The translations under genes and the position numbers were made by a program. Source: an uncultured Spirochaetales bacterium (GTDB lineage Bacteria; Spirochaetota; Spirochaetia; DAHUYW01). Taken from it: a stretch of 64,000 nt of DNA. Of the stretch, positions 26,980 through 35,074 are shown piece by piece. The notes under the pieces are model-generated. The model had not been told where the DNA came from, did no database searches, and saw nothing but the letters and a program-made list of their open reading frames with translations. Position 1 is the first letter of the stretch, and each line of letters opens with the position of its first letter. The stretch lies in the NCBI GenBank assembly GCA_964506755.1, contig CAZDMH010000022.1:1253-65252 (forward strand), written 5' to 3'.

Positions 26980-27771
26980 CTACAGAAGGATATTGGTGAT
27001 GAGATTGAAGGCCTTGCCGGTGAGGTAGCCAATCGGCAGCAGGTTGTAGGGAGTCACGTAGCTAATCAGCAGCATGACCAGCAGGATGCCCGCCCCGTAC
27101 CGCATGAAGCCCATCTTGAAGGAGGCATATCGATCGGGGATGGCACCGAGGAGAAGGTGAGAGCCATCGAGAGGCGGTATCGGCAACAGGTTGAATACGA
27201 ACAGCAGCAGGTTGATCCAGATGAACGCGACGAGCAGCTGGTAGACGATCGGGCCGTAGGGGGCCGCCTGGAAGATCCCCGCGTTTATCGAAAGCAGGAT
27301 CTTCAGAACGAGGACGAAGCCGATCGCGAGCACTAGGTTCGACAGGGGTCCTGCCAGCGCAACAAGCACCTCGCCCCTGCGGGGGTTGCGGAAGTTGCGC
27401 GGGTTGAACTGAACCGGCTTTGCCCAGCCGATACCGACGAGCAGGATCATGATGAAACCGAACAAGCTGATGTGTGACAGCGGGTTGAGCGTGTAGCGGT
27501 GCTGATCGATCGGCGTACGGTCGCCGAGACGTACTGCTACGTAGGCATGGGAGAACTCGTGCACAGTGAAGCCGACGAGGACGGCTGGAATCAGCAGCAG
27601 AATTTGCTGGATGTTGATGTTACCTATTTCGAATGCTCCTTTGCTAGAACAGCCCCGGAGGAACTGCCCATTCCACCGTCCAGCCGCTTTCGTCCCGAGA
27701 AAGGGCCACGATACCGGCGTTCCGAAACCGCACAGGCGGAGCAGAATCGGGGCTCGCCACGAGTGACCCAA
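26980..27771 (-). CDS. Site-2 protease family (peptidase M50) metalloprotease; start codon uncertain
   Basis: HEFSHAY (HExxH) and FNLLPIPPLDGSHLL motifs, with multiple TM helices. The only canonical in-frame start (TTG 27771) overlaps the upstream gene by 128 nt. AAAGGAG (27642..27636) followed 8 nt later by ATA (27627..27625) fits the usual short N-terminus of this family. Confidence 0.85.
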   Translation of the reverse strand: MGHSWRAPILLRLCGFGTPVSWPFLGTKAAGRWNGQFLRGCSSKGAFEIGNINIQQILLLIPAVLVGFTVHEFSHAYVAVRLGDRTPIDQHRYTLNPLSHISLFGFIMILLVGIGWAKPVQFNPRNFRNPRRGEVLVALAGPLSNLVLAIGFVLVLKILLSINAGIFQAAPYGPIVYQLLVAFIWINLLLFVFNLLPIPPLDGSHLLLGAIPDRYASFKMGFMRYGAGILLVMLLISYVTPYNLLPIGYLTGKAFNLITNILL

Positions 27772-28102
27772 CGAGTCGCTGCAGATAGGGAAGGTGGCCG
27801 ACGATCATGAGGTCCCTCGCTTCGAGCTCGTCGAGCTCCCGGCGGATATCGAGTGGATCGTCGTTCGGCTGCAGGTGATCGTGCAGCAGGACCACGTCCC
27901 CTCGGCCGATCGCCTCAGCCGCGATGCGCGCCGTATGCTCACTGCGCAGCTTTCCGCTGTGCCAGATCTCAACAGGACGAACACCGTGCGCCGCCATGAA
28001 GGCGCCGAGCGCCTCGGCGTGCTGCGACCCGAGACTGCTGAGGTCTCGCTCGGGGTCTTCGACCGAGTCTTTCGCTTCCGCGTGTTGAACGAGGTAGAGC
28101 AT
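27644..28102 (-). CDS. SixA-like histidine phosphatase (phosphohistidine phosphatase family)
   Basis: 152 aa. MLYLVQHAEA aligns to SixA MQVFIMRHGDA (Gln replaces Arg), SGKLRSEHTA to SPFLRAEQT, and IVGHLPYL to ISHLPLV. Confidence 0.8.
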   Translation of the reverse strand: MLYLVQHAEAKDSVEDPERDLSSLGSQHAEALGAFMAAHGVRPVEIWHSGKLRSEHTARIAAEAIGRGDVVLLHDHLQPNDDPLDIRRELDELEARDLMIVGHLPYLQRLVGSLVASPDSAPPVRFRNAGIVALSRDESGWTVEWAVPPGLF

Positions 28103-28217
28103 CTTTGCCTTCTCGTCCCAAATGTAACGGTTGGGACCATCCGGTTCAAGCCTTTTCTTTTTCTATGCCGCTCCGCCGCCGTACGCCTGTGATAGGATAT
28201 CCACAAGGAGATGCCAC

Positions 28218-28910
28218 TTGGCACTCGAAGAGCTCGCTCTCGACGAAGCAGATGTCTGGATTGCTCACCTCCCGACCCTCGCCCCGCTGCTCGACGGCGC
28301 AGTGGCACTGGTCTCCGAGGCGGAACGGGCACGTTCACGCCGGTTCCGCAGACCCTCCGACGGGGTGCGTTATCTGAGGGTTCACAAGCTGCTTCGTCTC
28401 CTACTCACCGCCTACCGCGCCGAGACGCAGCTGCACTGGTCGTTGAGCCATCGTGAGGAGATCGCCGCGTTTGCAGTCACGCAGACCGGTCCAATTGGCG
28501 TGGATGTGGAAAGGATTCAACCGGAGTTCGCCGCAACTCTGTCCGAACGGTGCCTAACCCCCGACGAACGATCGGCGCTCTCGCGGCTTTCTTCGACAGA
28601 TCAGGCTCACAGGGTTTTCGAGTCGTGGACGGTAAAGGAGGCCCTTCTCAAGCGCTCCGGGCACGGGCTCGCCATCGAACCCGCTCTGATCGGCCTGGAC
28701 TTCGCCGACGCCCGGCGTCCCACAGTGGTGTCCTCTCAGACGGCCGAGGAGGCTGTCGCCGATTGTCGGGTCGAGCTGCTCGCGGTTGCAGCGCCCTACG
28801 TGGCAGCCGTCGCGGCCGCCCGAACCTGCCGAAAGATCAACGGATTCTCCCTCGACGAGCGCACCGTGCTTACGCTTCTCGCTCGAAACGACGCCGCTAC
28901 GGAAGCCTGA
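28218..28910 (+). CDS. 4'-phosphopantetheinyl transferase (Sfp type)
   Basis: AAGGAG (28205..28210) followed 7 nt later by in-frame TTG 28218 (the track ORF starts at 28131). Motifs are WSLSHREEIAAFAV, IGVDVERI and WTVKEALLKRSGHGL. The length of about 230 aa is typical of the Sfp type. Confidence 0.82.
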   Translation: MALEELALDEADVWIAHLPTLAPLLDGAVALVSEAERARSRRFRRPSDGVRYLRVHKLLRLLLTAYRAETQLHWSLSHREEIAAFAVTQTGPIGVDVERIQPEFAATLSERCLTPDERSALSRLSSTDQAHRVFESWTVKEALLKRSGHGLAIEPALIGLDFADARRPTVVSSQTAEEAVADCRVELLAVAAPYVAAVAAARTCRKINGFSLDERTVLTLLARNDAATEA

Positions 28911-29730
28911 CGTGCCACTGCACGATCGGTATACCCCCCGGCGGAGAGTTTACGCTCGCGGCCGGCACGATCCCGGTTGCGACGAGAGAGCTCGGTGAAT
29001 GGGCGAAGGGCAGGATGACGCCGATCAGGGAACCGATCCCCGCCGCCGCGACGACATCGCTTGCGAAATGATTGCCGGACCATACCCGCAGAACGGCCGT
29101 CGCTCCGGCGAGGCCGAAGGCGGCCGTCCACATGCCGGCCCGTTCTGCGGGCGAGCTGTTGTAGAGGCTGAATATGTAGCCGGTGGCGGCGGCGGCGGCA
29201 AAGGCGACGGTAACGTGCCCGGATGGGAACGAGTCCTCCAGCTCGGGATCGGCAAGAAGCGCGGGGGAGGGGTTGTCGACATAGGCATACGGTCGGTAGC
29301 GCACGACGAGCGACTTCACGATGCTTTTTATCCCGTAGGAGAGAGCGAGGGCCTCGGCATAGACCACTCCGCTCGAGATGAGCTCATTTCGGCTCAAACG
29401 GGGAATCATTACCACGGGAAGCAGCACGGTTCCAACGAGGGTCGCGTCGCTCGCGAGGCTCAAGGGTTCCGAACGGTGCGTGGTGTACCACCGGTCAAAA
29501 GGGGGGATGTCCGCCTTCGAAAGCGAGGAGAGATCCGGTTTCGGCTTGCCGGCTTCGAGAAAGTGGCTTGCGACGACGAGGCCACCGCTTCCCGCGAATA
29601 TCAGCGGGTCGGCGATAGGGTAGGCGGTGAGGGGGAGAGGTGGAGTCGTTTGAGCCCAGGCTCGTGCAGCCAGCGCCGCCATGAGGAGGGCGGCAAATAG
29701 GTGTCTACGCGAGAGTGAGAAAGTACTCAT
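28897..29730 (-). CDS. PAP2-family lipid phosphate phosphatase
   Basis: It has a signal peptide or TM helix. PAP2 motifs are KSLVVRYRPY (KxxxxxxRP), FPSGH and SGNHFASDV (SRxxxxxHxxxD-like). Confidence 0.88.
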   Translation of the reverse strand: MSTFSLSRRHLFAALLMAALAARAWAQTTPPLPLTAYPIADPLIFAGSGGLVVASHFLEAGKPKPDLSSLSKADIPPFDRWYTTHRSEPLSLASDATLVGTVLLPVVMIPRLSRNELISSGVVYAEALALSYGIKSIVKSLVVRYRPYAYVDNPSPALLADPELEDSFPSGHVTVAFAAAAATGYIFSLYNSSPAERAGMWTAAFGLAGATAVLRVWSGNHFASDVVAAAGIGSLIGVILPFAHSPSSLVATGIVPAASVNSPPGGIPIVQWHVRLP

Positions 29731-30268
29731 GGATTCGGGTCTCCTCGGTCAACTCGGGATGGAAGCTGCAGGCGAGCATGTTGTCCTGACGAACGAGTAC
29801 GGGCGCCTCTTCGAACTCACCAAGGGTCTCTACACCCTGTCCCATCCTCGTGATTTTCGGGGCTCGTATGAACACGCCCCGGACGGGCTCGGAGATGAAG
29901 GTCACCGGTACGTCTGCTTCGAAGCTCTCGATCTGACGGCCGTATGCGTTGCGATTGACCCCGACGTCGAGTAGGCCGATTCGAGGCTGAGAGCTGTCTT
30001 CGATGTCGCGGGCGAGAAGAATCATCCCGGCACAGGTGCCGAAGACCGGCATTCCCGACCGGACGCGCTCGGTCAGTGGCTCGAGGAGGCGAAAACCCAC
30101 CATGAGCTTCCCCATCGTCGTGCTTTCACCGCCAGGGATGATGAGGAGATCGACAAGATCGAGCTCCTCGGCAGAGACGACTATCCGCGCGCGTACGTTG
30201 AGGCGCTCGACTACTTTGTAGTGTTTTTCGAAATCGCCCTGGAGTCCGAGGATGCCGACTGTCGTCAT
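29705..30268 (-). CDS. pdxT: Pyridoxal 5'-phosphate synthase, glutaminase subunit
   Basis: 187 aa with GILGLQGDFEKH, GGESTTMGKL, GTCAGMILLA (nucleophile Cys) and SFHPELT. Confidence 0.94.
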   Translation of the reverse strand: MTTVGILGLQGDFEKHYKVVERLNVRARIVVSAEELDLVDLLIIPGGESTTMGKLMVGFRLLEPLTERVRSGMPVFGTCAGMILLARDIEDSSQPRIGLLDVGVNRNAYGRQIESFEADVPVTFISEPVRGVFIRAPKITRMGQGVETLGEFEEAPVLVRQDNMLACSFHPELTEETRIHEYFLTLA

Positions 30269-30283
30269 GAGGCCGCCGGAGGG

Positions 30284-31189
30284 CTACCAGCCGCGAACCG
30301 CCAGTCGCTGGTTCTCTTCCAGCTCGCTCATTTCTATGCCGTGCATCGGCTCCCCGAGATCCATCGATATCTCGGCAAGACGCTCGGGATCATTGTAGTA
30401 GGTTACCGCCTCGACAATAGCCTTGGCGGTCCGTCGAGGATCGGAGGACTTGAAAATGCCGGACCCTACGAAAACGGCCTCGGCACCGAGCTGGCGCATC
30501 AACGCGGCGTCGGCGGGGGTCGCAACTCCGCCTGCCGAGAAGTTCGGGACGGGAAGCTTTCCGGTCTGAGCTACCTCTATCACGATCTCGTAGGGAGCTC
30601 CGAGGTTTTTCGCCTCACTCATGAGCTCTTCCTTCGGAAGCGCACCGAGACGGCGAATGGCATCGAGGACCGTGCGTAGGTGGCGAACCGCCTCGATTAC
30701 GTTGCCGGTGCCGGCCTCGCCCTTGGTTCGGATCATCGCCGCACCCTCGCCGATCCGTCGCAGTGCCTCGCCGAGGTCGCGACAGCCGCACACGAATGGG
30801 GTCTTGAACTCGTGTTTGTTGACGTGGAACTGATCGTCGGCCGGTGTGAGCACCTCGCTCTCGTCGATGAAATCGACTTCGAGAGCCTCGAGGATCTGCG
30901 CCTCGACAAAATGGCCGATTCTGCACTTGGCCATAACGGGAATCGTGACGGAGGCCTGAATCTCCTTGATGATCTTTGGATCAGACATCCGCGCCACCCC
31001 GCCGTGAGCTCGAATGTCGGAGGGTACGCGCTCGAGCGCCATAACGGCCGCCGCTCCTGCCTCCTCTGCAATTTGCGCCTGTTCGGCGTTCGTCACGTCC
31101 ATGATGACGCCGCCCTTCAGCATCTCGGCTAGGCCGACCTTCGTTCGGAATGTCGCCGTTTGCCGTTCCGACCAGATCTTGTCACTCAT
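30284..31189 (-). CDS. pdxS: Pyridoxal 5'-phosphate synthase, synthase subunit
   Basis: 301 aa with [28 protein letters not shown] and [15 protein letters not shown]. Confidence 0.96.
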   Translation of the reverse strand: MSDKIWSERQTATFRTKVGLAEMLKGGVIMDVTNAEQAQIAEEAGAAAVMALERVPSDIRAHGGVARMSDPKIIKEIQASVTIPVMAKCRIGHFVEAQILEALEVDFIDESEVLTPADDQFHVNKHEFKTPFVCGCRDLGEALRRIGEGAAMIRTKGEAGTGNVIEAVRHLRTVLDAIRRLGALPKEELMSEAKNLGAPYEIVIEVAQTGKLPVPNFSAGGVATPADAALMRQLGAEAVFVGSGIFKSSDPRRTAKAIVEAVTYYNDPERLAEISMDLGEPMHGIEMSELEENQRLAVRGW

Positions 31190-31326
31190 CCCCTTGCACC
31201 ATCCAGTTCATCACATGAATCGCATTGCTACGAGCCAAAGTTATTTCGTACCTCCCGAAAAGTCAACTGGCCGGCACTTCAAGTTCACTCTTGCCCGTGT
31301 TAGGATCGTAGGAAGAGAGATCGAGA

Positions 31327-32022
31327 ATGGGGATGATCGCGGAGAACCTTTCAAAGATTGTCGAGAGAATCGAGGCAGCGGCACAGCGCGCCGGTCGACG
31401 CGCCGGGGAGGTTCGGCTCATGGTCGTCACAAAAACCCAGCCGCGCGACCTGGTCGGGGAGGCCTATTCCGCCGGCGCCCGTCTGTTCGGCGAGAATCGA
31501 ATAGGCGAAGCCGAAGAGAAATACCGTGGTTTCCACGACGACGCCGAGCTCCATATGATCGGTCACCTGCAGCGCAACAAGGCGGGGCGAGCCGCCGCCC
31601 TCGTGCGGTGCGTCCAGTCCATCGACAAAACCGAGACTGCGGCAGCACTCGAGAAACACTGCAGCTCCGCCGGCCGGAGCCTCGACCTGCTTCTCGAGGT
31701 AAACACCTCCGGAGAGGCGAGCAAAGAGGGCTTTCACTCCGACGAAGAGCTCTTTACCAGCCTGGAGGAGATCTTGGCGATGGAGCATTTGCGGCCGCGG
31801 GGCCTGATGACCGTTGCCGCCCTCACCGACGACAAAAAGGAGATCCGGAGGTGCTTTCGCCGCCTCGTCGCGTTGCGGGAGGCCGTGCGCAGTCGTTATC
31901 GTCTGGAGGGTTTCGACGAGCTTTCGATGGGGATGACGAGCGACTTCGAGATCGCGATCGAAGAGGGCTCGACCCTTGTCCGGGTCGGAACCGCCGTTTT
32001 CGGACCGAGGCCATCGCCGTGA
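31327..32022 (+). CDS. yggS: YggS-family PLP-binding (PLP homeostasis) protein
   Basis: 231 aa with MVVTKTQP (PLP Lys), FGENRIGEAEEK, MIGHLQRNK and SMGMTSDFE. Confidence 0.92.
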   Translation: MGMIAENLSKIVERIEAAAQRAGRRAGEVRLMVVTKTQPRDLVGEAYSAGARLFGENRIGEAEEKYRGFHDDAELHMIGHLQRNKAGRAAALVRCVQSIDKTETAAALEKHCSSAGRSLDLLLEVNTSGEASKEGFHSDEELFTSLEEILAMEHLRPRGLMTVAALTDDKKEIRRCFRRLVALREAVRSRYRLEGFDELSMGMTSDFEIAIEEGSTLVRVGTAVFGPRPSP

Positions 32023-32585
32023 AGCTCCTCGCGACACTGCTGATCGTCTTCGTGAACGCTCTGCCGGTCTTCCCGCAGGCCACATCCGACCAGACCACGC
32101 CTGCGACCAGCCAACCCGCTGCGACGACGCAGCCGGCGAGCGGGGGTACCGCGCCGCAGACACCCGCACCGGGCGGCAGTGGTCAGAGTGGCGCCCAGGC
32201 TTCCGGCCCGCAGCCGGTGCCCTATTCCCCGGATGAGTTCCCTGCCTGGTCCAGGGATCTGAGACGGTTCGAGATTATCTCGATCGGCGCCTTCCCCGTC
32301 GCGCTCCTGGTCTCCTCGGCGAGCTTTCAGCTGGTTCGCTACGCGCAGAGTGGGTTCTCCCAGGCCTACGTGCCCGCGGTTCTCGGAAGCGGAGCAACCC
32401 CGCTATCGGCCCAGGAGAAAATACGAGTGCTTGTTGCGGGCGTCGGCCTATCGCTTGCCGTCGGGTTAACCGACTACATTCTGGGCAGGATGAAGGCCGA
32501 GAACGCTAACGCTGCAGCCGGGCCAGGCACGGTAGGCGTCACGCCGAACCAGACGAACAGGCCCAACACCGGACCCAACCGATGA
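32019..32585 (+). CDS. Hypothetical exported/membrane protein (signal peptide, Thr/Pro/Gln-rich linker, two TM helices)
   Basis: GTG 32019 overlaps the yggS TGA (GTGA). The product begins VKLLATLLIVFVNALPVFPQA... This is the only plausible part of the 523-aa track ORF 31014..32585. Confidence 0.65.
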   Translation: MKLLATLLIVFVNALPVFPQATSDQTTPATSQPAATTQPASGGTAPQTPAPGGSGQSGAQASGPQPVPYSPDEFPAWSRDLRRFEIISIGAFPVALLVSSASFQLVRYAQSGFSQAYVPAVLGSGATPLSAQEKIRVLVAGVGLSLAVGLTDYILGRMKAENANAAAGPGTVGVTPNQTNRPNTGPNR

Positions 32586-33589
32586 ACGATCCCCAATCTC
32601 CCGTCGAGCTGACGCTCCAGGACACCGCGTGTGCGGGGATGCGCGCCGACCGCTACGTGGCCGAGCATCTGAGGCTCTTTACGCGCAGCCAGCTCAAGAG
32701 CCGTGAGGTGGGGCTGGAGATCAACGGAAAAGAGGCAAAATGGTCGCACAGGCTTTCGCTCGGTGACGTTGTCCGCCTCACGTGGGAGCCTGAGCTTCCG
32801 ACGAACATCGTCCCTGAGCCGGTCGAGATCGACATCATCTACGAGAACGAGGATGTGGTCGTCGTCGACAAACCACAGGGGATGGTGGTCCATCCTGCGG
32901 CAGGCAACTATTCGGGCACTCTCGTTCAGGGCCTCGCCTACCGCAGCCTGGTCACGGGAGACGGAGAGCTTTCTGCGGACAACCCGCGCCCCGGGATCGT
33001 TCATCGCCTCGACAAGGATACCTCGGGGGTGATGATAGCCGCAAAGACCCCCCTCGCGCGGCAGTTCTTGGCCAACCAATTCGCGAAGAAGCATACGGGG
33101 AAGGTCTACCTCGCAGTTGTCAAGGGGATGGTCATGCCGCGGAACGGGCACATCGAGGAGCACATCGTGCGAGACCCGAAGAACCGAAAACGCTTCACCA
33201 CCAGTGAGGAGGAGGGGAAGCCGGCGGTCACCGACTATAGAGTGCTCTGCCAGTGGGAGGACTACGCATTTCTCGCTCTCAGACCGTCCACGGGGAGAAC
33301 TCACCAGTTGCGGGTACACCTTTCATCGCGCGGGCATCCCGTTCTCGGAGACCCGATCTACTCGCGCCGCGACGCTCGCTTTCCCGACGCTACACTCATG
33401 CTGCACGCCCATCGACTGAGGATACTCCTTCCCCGGCGGGTACCGGACTCTGCGTCCGCCGAACATTTCCACTATGAGGGAGGCGAGATCGTTCAGTTCC
33501 GTTCACCGATGCCCGAGCGTTTCAAATCATTCATTCTCGCGCAGAACGCGTTCGGCACGAACACTCGAGGGAGGTCCCGCGCCCGGTAG
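32582..33589 (+). CDS. rluD: RluA-family 23S rRNA pseudouridine synthase (RluD-like)
   Basis: 335 aa with an S4-like N-terminus, the catalytic motif HRLDKDTSGVMI, and GRTHQLRVHL. An ATGA overlap links it to the upstream gene. Confidence 0.92.
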   Translation: MNDPQSPVELTLQDTACAGMRADRYVAEHLRLFTRSQLKSREVGLEINGKEAKWSHRLSLGDVVRLTWEPELPTNIVPEPVEIDIIYENEDVVVVDKPQGMVVHPAAGNYSGTLVQGLAYRSLVTGDGELSADNPRPGIVHRLDKDTSGVMIAAKTPLARQFLANQFAKKHTGKVYLAVVKGMVMPRNGHIEEHIVRDPKNRKRFTTSEEEGKPAVTDYRVLCQWEDYAFLALRPSTGRTHQLRVHLSSRGHPVLGDPIYSRRDARFPDATLMLHAHRLRILLPRRVPDSASAEHFHYEGGEIVQFRSPMPERFKSFILAQNAFGTNTRGRSRAR

Positions 33590-34084
33590 AACCAGGACAT
33601 CATCGGAGAGCGATAGGATCTGGGCATCGACCTCGGCGAGAATTTTCGTCCGCTGCCTGAGCGTGGCGCTCCTGATCGTGTTGCCCGCCGTGAAAATAGT
33701 GCCGGTAAAGACGAGGTTCTCGATGCGGAATGCCAGCGGGCCCCGTTTCTCGCCGGTGAGATCCATAACTTCCACCTCGTAGCCGGCTATGAAAAGACGG
33801 CTTCCGCTCGTCAGCTTTCGACACCGGCAGTCGTAGATCATGTCGTCGTTGCCGTAAAGCTTGGAGTCGTAGATCTTGAGCAGCGTCTTGACCCCGTGCA
33901 CCTGGGTCGGTTGCGGGAGCGTAATGAGAATCGCGCGGACGTAGTAGCTGTTTCGCTCGATGAGACGAAGCAGCTGGACATCCATCTCCCCCGGGTCGAT
34001 GAGGATTGCGTCTCCACCCTCCTCTGGACCGATCAAGTAGGTGTTGGAGAGAAGAACGGAGGAAAAGTGGTAGAAGAGCTTCAA
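33527..34084 (-). CDS. Metallo-beta-lactamase-fold protein lacking all metal-ligand residues (pseudoenzyme)
   Basis: GGAGGGG (34097..34091) followed 6 nt later by TTG 34084, overlapping the upstream TGA (TTGA). The alternative start is ATG 34099. It aligns to glyoxalase-II/YcbL-type MBLs (SNTYLIG, AILIDPG, VLPGAGPP), but the HxHxDH position reads LPQPTQ. Confidence 0.75.
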   Translation of the reverse strand: MKLFYHFSSVLLSNTYLIGPEEGGDAILIDPGEMDVQLLRLIERNSYYVRAILITLPQPTQVHGVKTLLKIYDSKLYGNDDMIYDCRCRKLTSGSRLFIAGYEVEVMDLTGEKRGPLAFRIENLVFTGTIFTAGNTIRSATLRQRTKILAEVDAQILSLSDDVLVLPGAGPPSSVRAERVLRENE

Positions 34085-34683
34085 TTGTGTCCCCTCCATT
34101 CCCTCCCAAAATCTGCCTCCTCGTAGTTGGAGTATTTGAAACTGACGCTGGATCGGTTCGATTTCGCGAACGAGGCTTTTTTCAGGTTGCAGTCCAGGAA
34201 GGTAACATCGTGGAGTGTGGCACCGATGAAGCGGGAGTAGTAGAGATCGCAGTCGTCGAAGCGGCAATCGTACGCGGTAGTCGCGTTGAAATTGGTGTGC
34301 AGTATGTCTGAACCGTTGAAGGTGCAGTCGTCGAAGCTCGTGCCGGCAAAGGAGCTGAAGAGAATGTCGGTATCGGAGAAATCACATCCAATGAATCGGC
34401 AGAACTCGAAATAGCAGAGGTGTATCTTTCCACCCGCGAAGGTCACGTGATCGAAGATGCTGTCCGAGAATATCCCGTTGGTGAAAATCCGTTGTCGAAT
34501 GTCGATGCGACGGAACTCGAGGCCGACGAGACTGAGCCCTTCATGCTCCCGGCCGGCGGTAAGACGGTCCGACATTCGCCGGACGACGTCGTCCCGTTTC
34601 GCGAGGTGCCGTGAGCAGCGAGTCTCTCCGCCGACCGCAAATTGCTCGCAGCCTTCTACCTCACATCGACGCAGCGTGAACAT
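34081..34683 (-). CDS. Pentapeptide-repeat protein with an N-terminal Cys3-His zinc-knuckle-like motif
   Basis: ATG 34683 gives MFTLRRCEVEGCEQFAVGGETRCSRH. About 25 pentapeptide repeats follow (CDFSD TDILF SSFAG TSFDD CTFNG SDILH TNFNA ...). Confidence 0.85.
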   Translation of the reverse strand: MFTLRRCEVEGCEQFAVGGETRCSRHLAKRDDVVRRMSDRLTAGREHEGLSLVGLEFRRIDIRQRIFTNGIFSDSIFDHVTFAGGKIHLCYFEFCRFIGCDFSDTDILFSSFAGTSFDDCTFNGSDILHTNFNATTAYDCRFDDCDLYYSRFIGATLHDVTFLDCNLKKASFAKSNRSSVSFKYSNYEEADFGREWRGHN

Positions 34684-34748
34684 CGCATAGAGCCTACTCC
34701 ATGGCGGGCGACAGCTCAAGGTGTACGGAAGCGCCGACGGAGTCGCGA

Positions 34749-34777
34749 TTGCGACGAGCGCACGAAGACGGTATAGT
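34749..34777 (+). promoter_or_regulatory. Sigma70-type promoter positioned for a leaderless transcript of the Cys-rich gene
   Basis: TTGCGA (34749..34754), 17 nt, TATAGT (34772..34777). ATG 34784 begins 6 nt after the -10 and there is no SD. Confidence 0.5.
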
Positions 34778-34783
34778 AGGCGT

Positions 34784-35074
34784 ATGGCCAACTGCTATTC
34801 GTGCGGATTCGAGTTTCCGCAACCGATGTCGGTCTACCGGAGTACCCTCTGTCCATCCTGCGGAAAGGATGTGAAGGTCTGTCTGAATTGCAAGTTCTAC
34901 GAACCCGGCGCGCACTGGGATTGTCGGGAGACGATCGGCGAGATGGTTGCCGACAAGGAGCGTGCCAATTTCTGCGAGTTCTTCGTGCTCGACCCCAAAA
35001 CCCGTGCGGGACGCGGCAACGATGCTGAAAAGAAGGCTCGTTCCAAGTTCGACGACCTGTTCGGCAATGGATAG
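34784..35074 (+). CDS. Small Cys-rich (8 Cys, three CxxC pairs) zinc-ribbon-like protein
   Basis: 96 aa: MANCYSCGFEFPQPMSVYRSTLCPSCGKDVKVCLNCKFYEPGAHWDCRE...NFCEFF, with a charged C-terminal tail. The track ORF starts at 34721. Confidence 0.7.
   Translation: MANCYSCGFEFPQPMSVYRSTLCPSCGKDVKVCLNCKFYEPGAHWDCRETIGEMVADKERANFCEFFVLDPKTRAGRGNDAEKKARSKFDDLFGNG

Noticed and set aside
31014-32018. N-terminal 335 codons of the 523-aa plus-strand ORF 31014..32585
   Set aside because: This part overlaps pdxS in antisense and yggS out of frame, and is Arg/Pro/Gly-rich without motifs. Only the segment from GTG 32019 (signal peptide, GTGA coupling to yggS) looks like a gene.
33527-33589. 63-nt convergent overlap of rluD and the MBL-like gene as evidence of a mis-called gene
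   Set aside because: Both frames have convincing family-specific C-terminal regions up to, or close to, their stops. The last ~20 aa of RluD (…AFGTNTRGRSRAR) look like a non-conserved tail, so the overlap is plausible and not informative.
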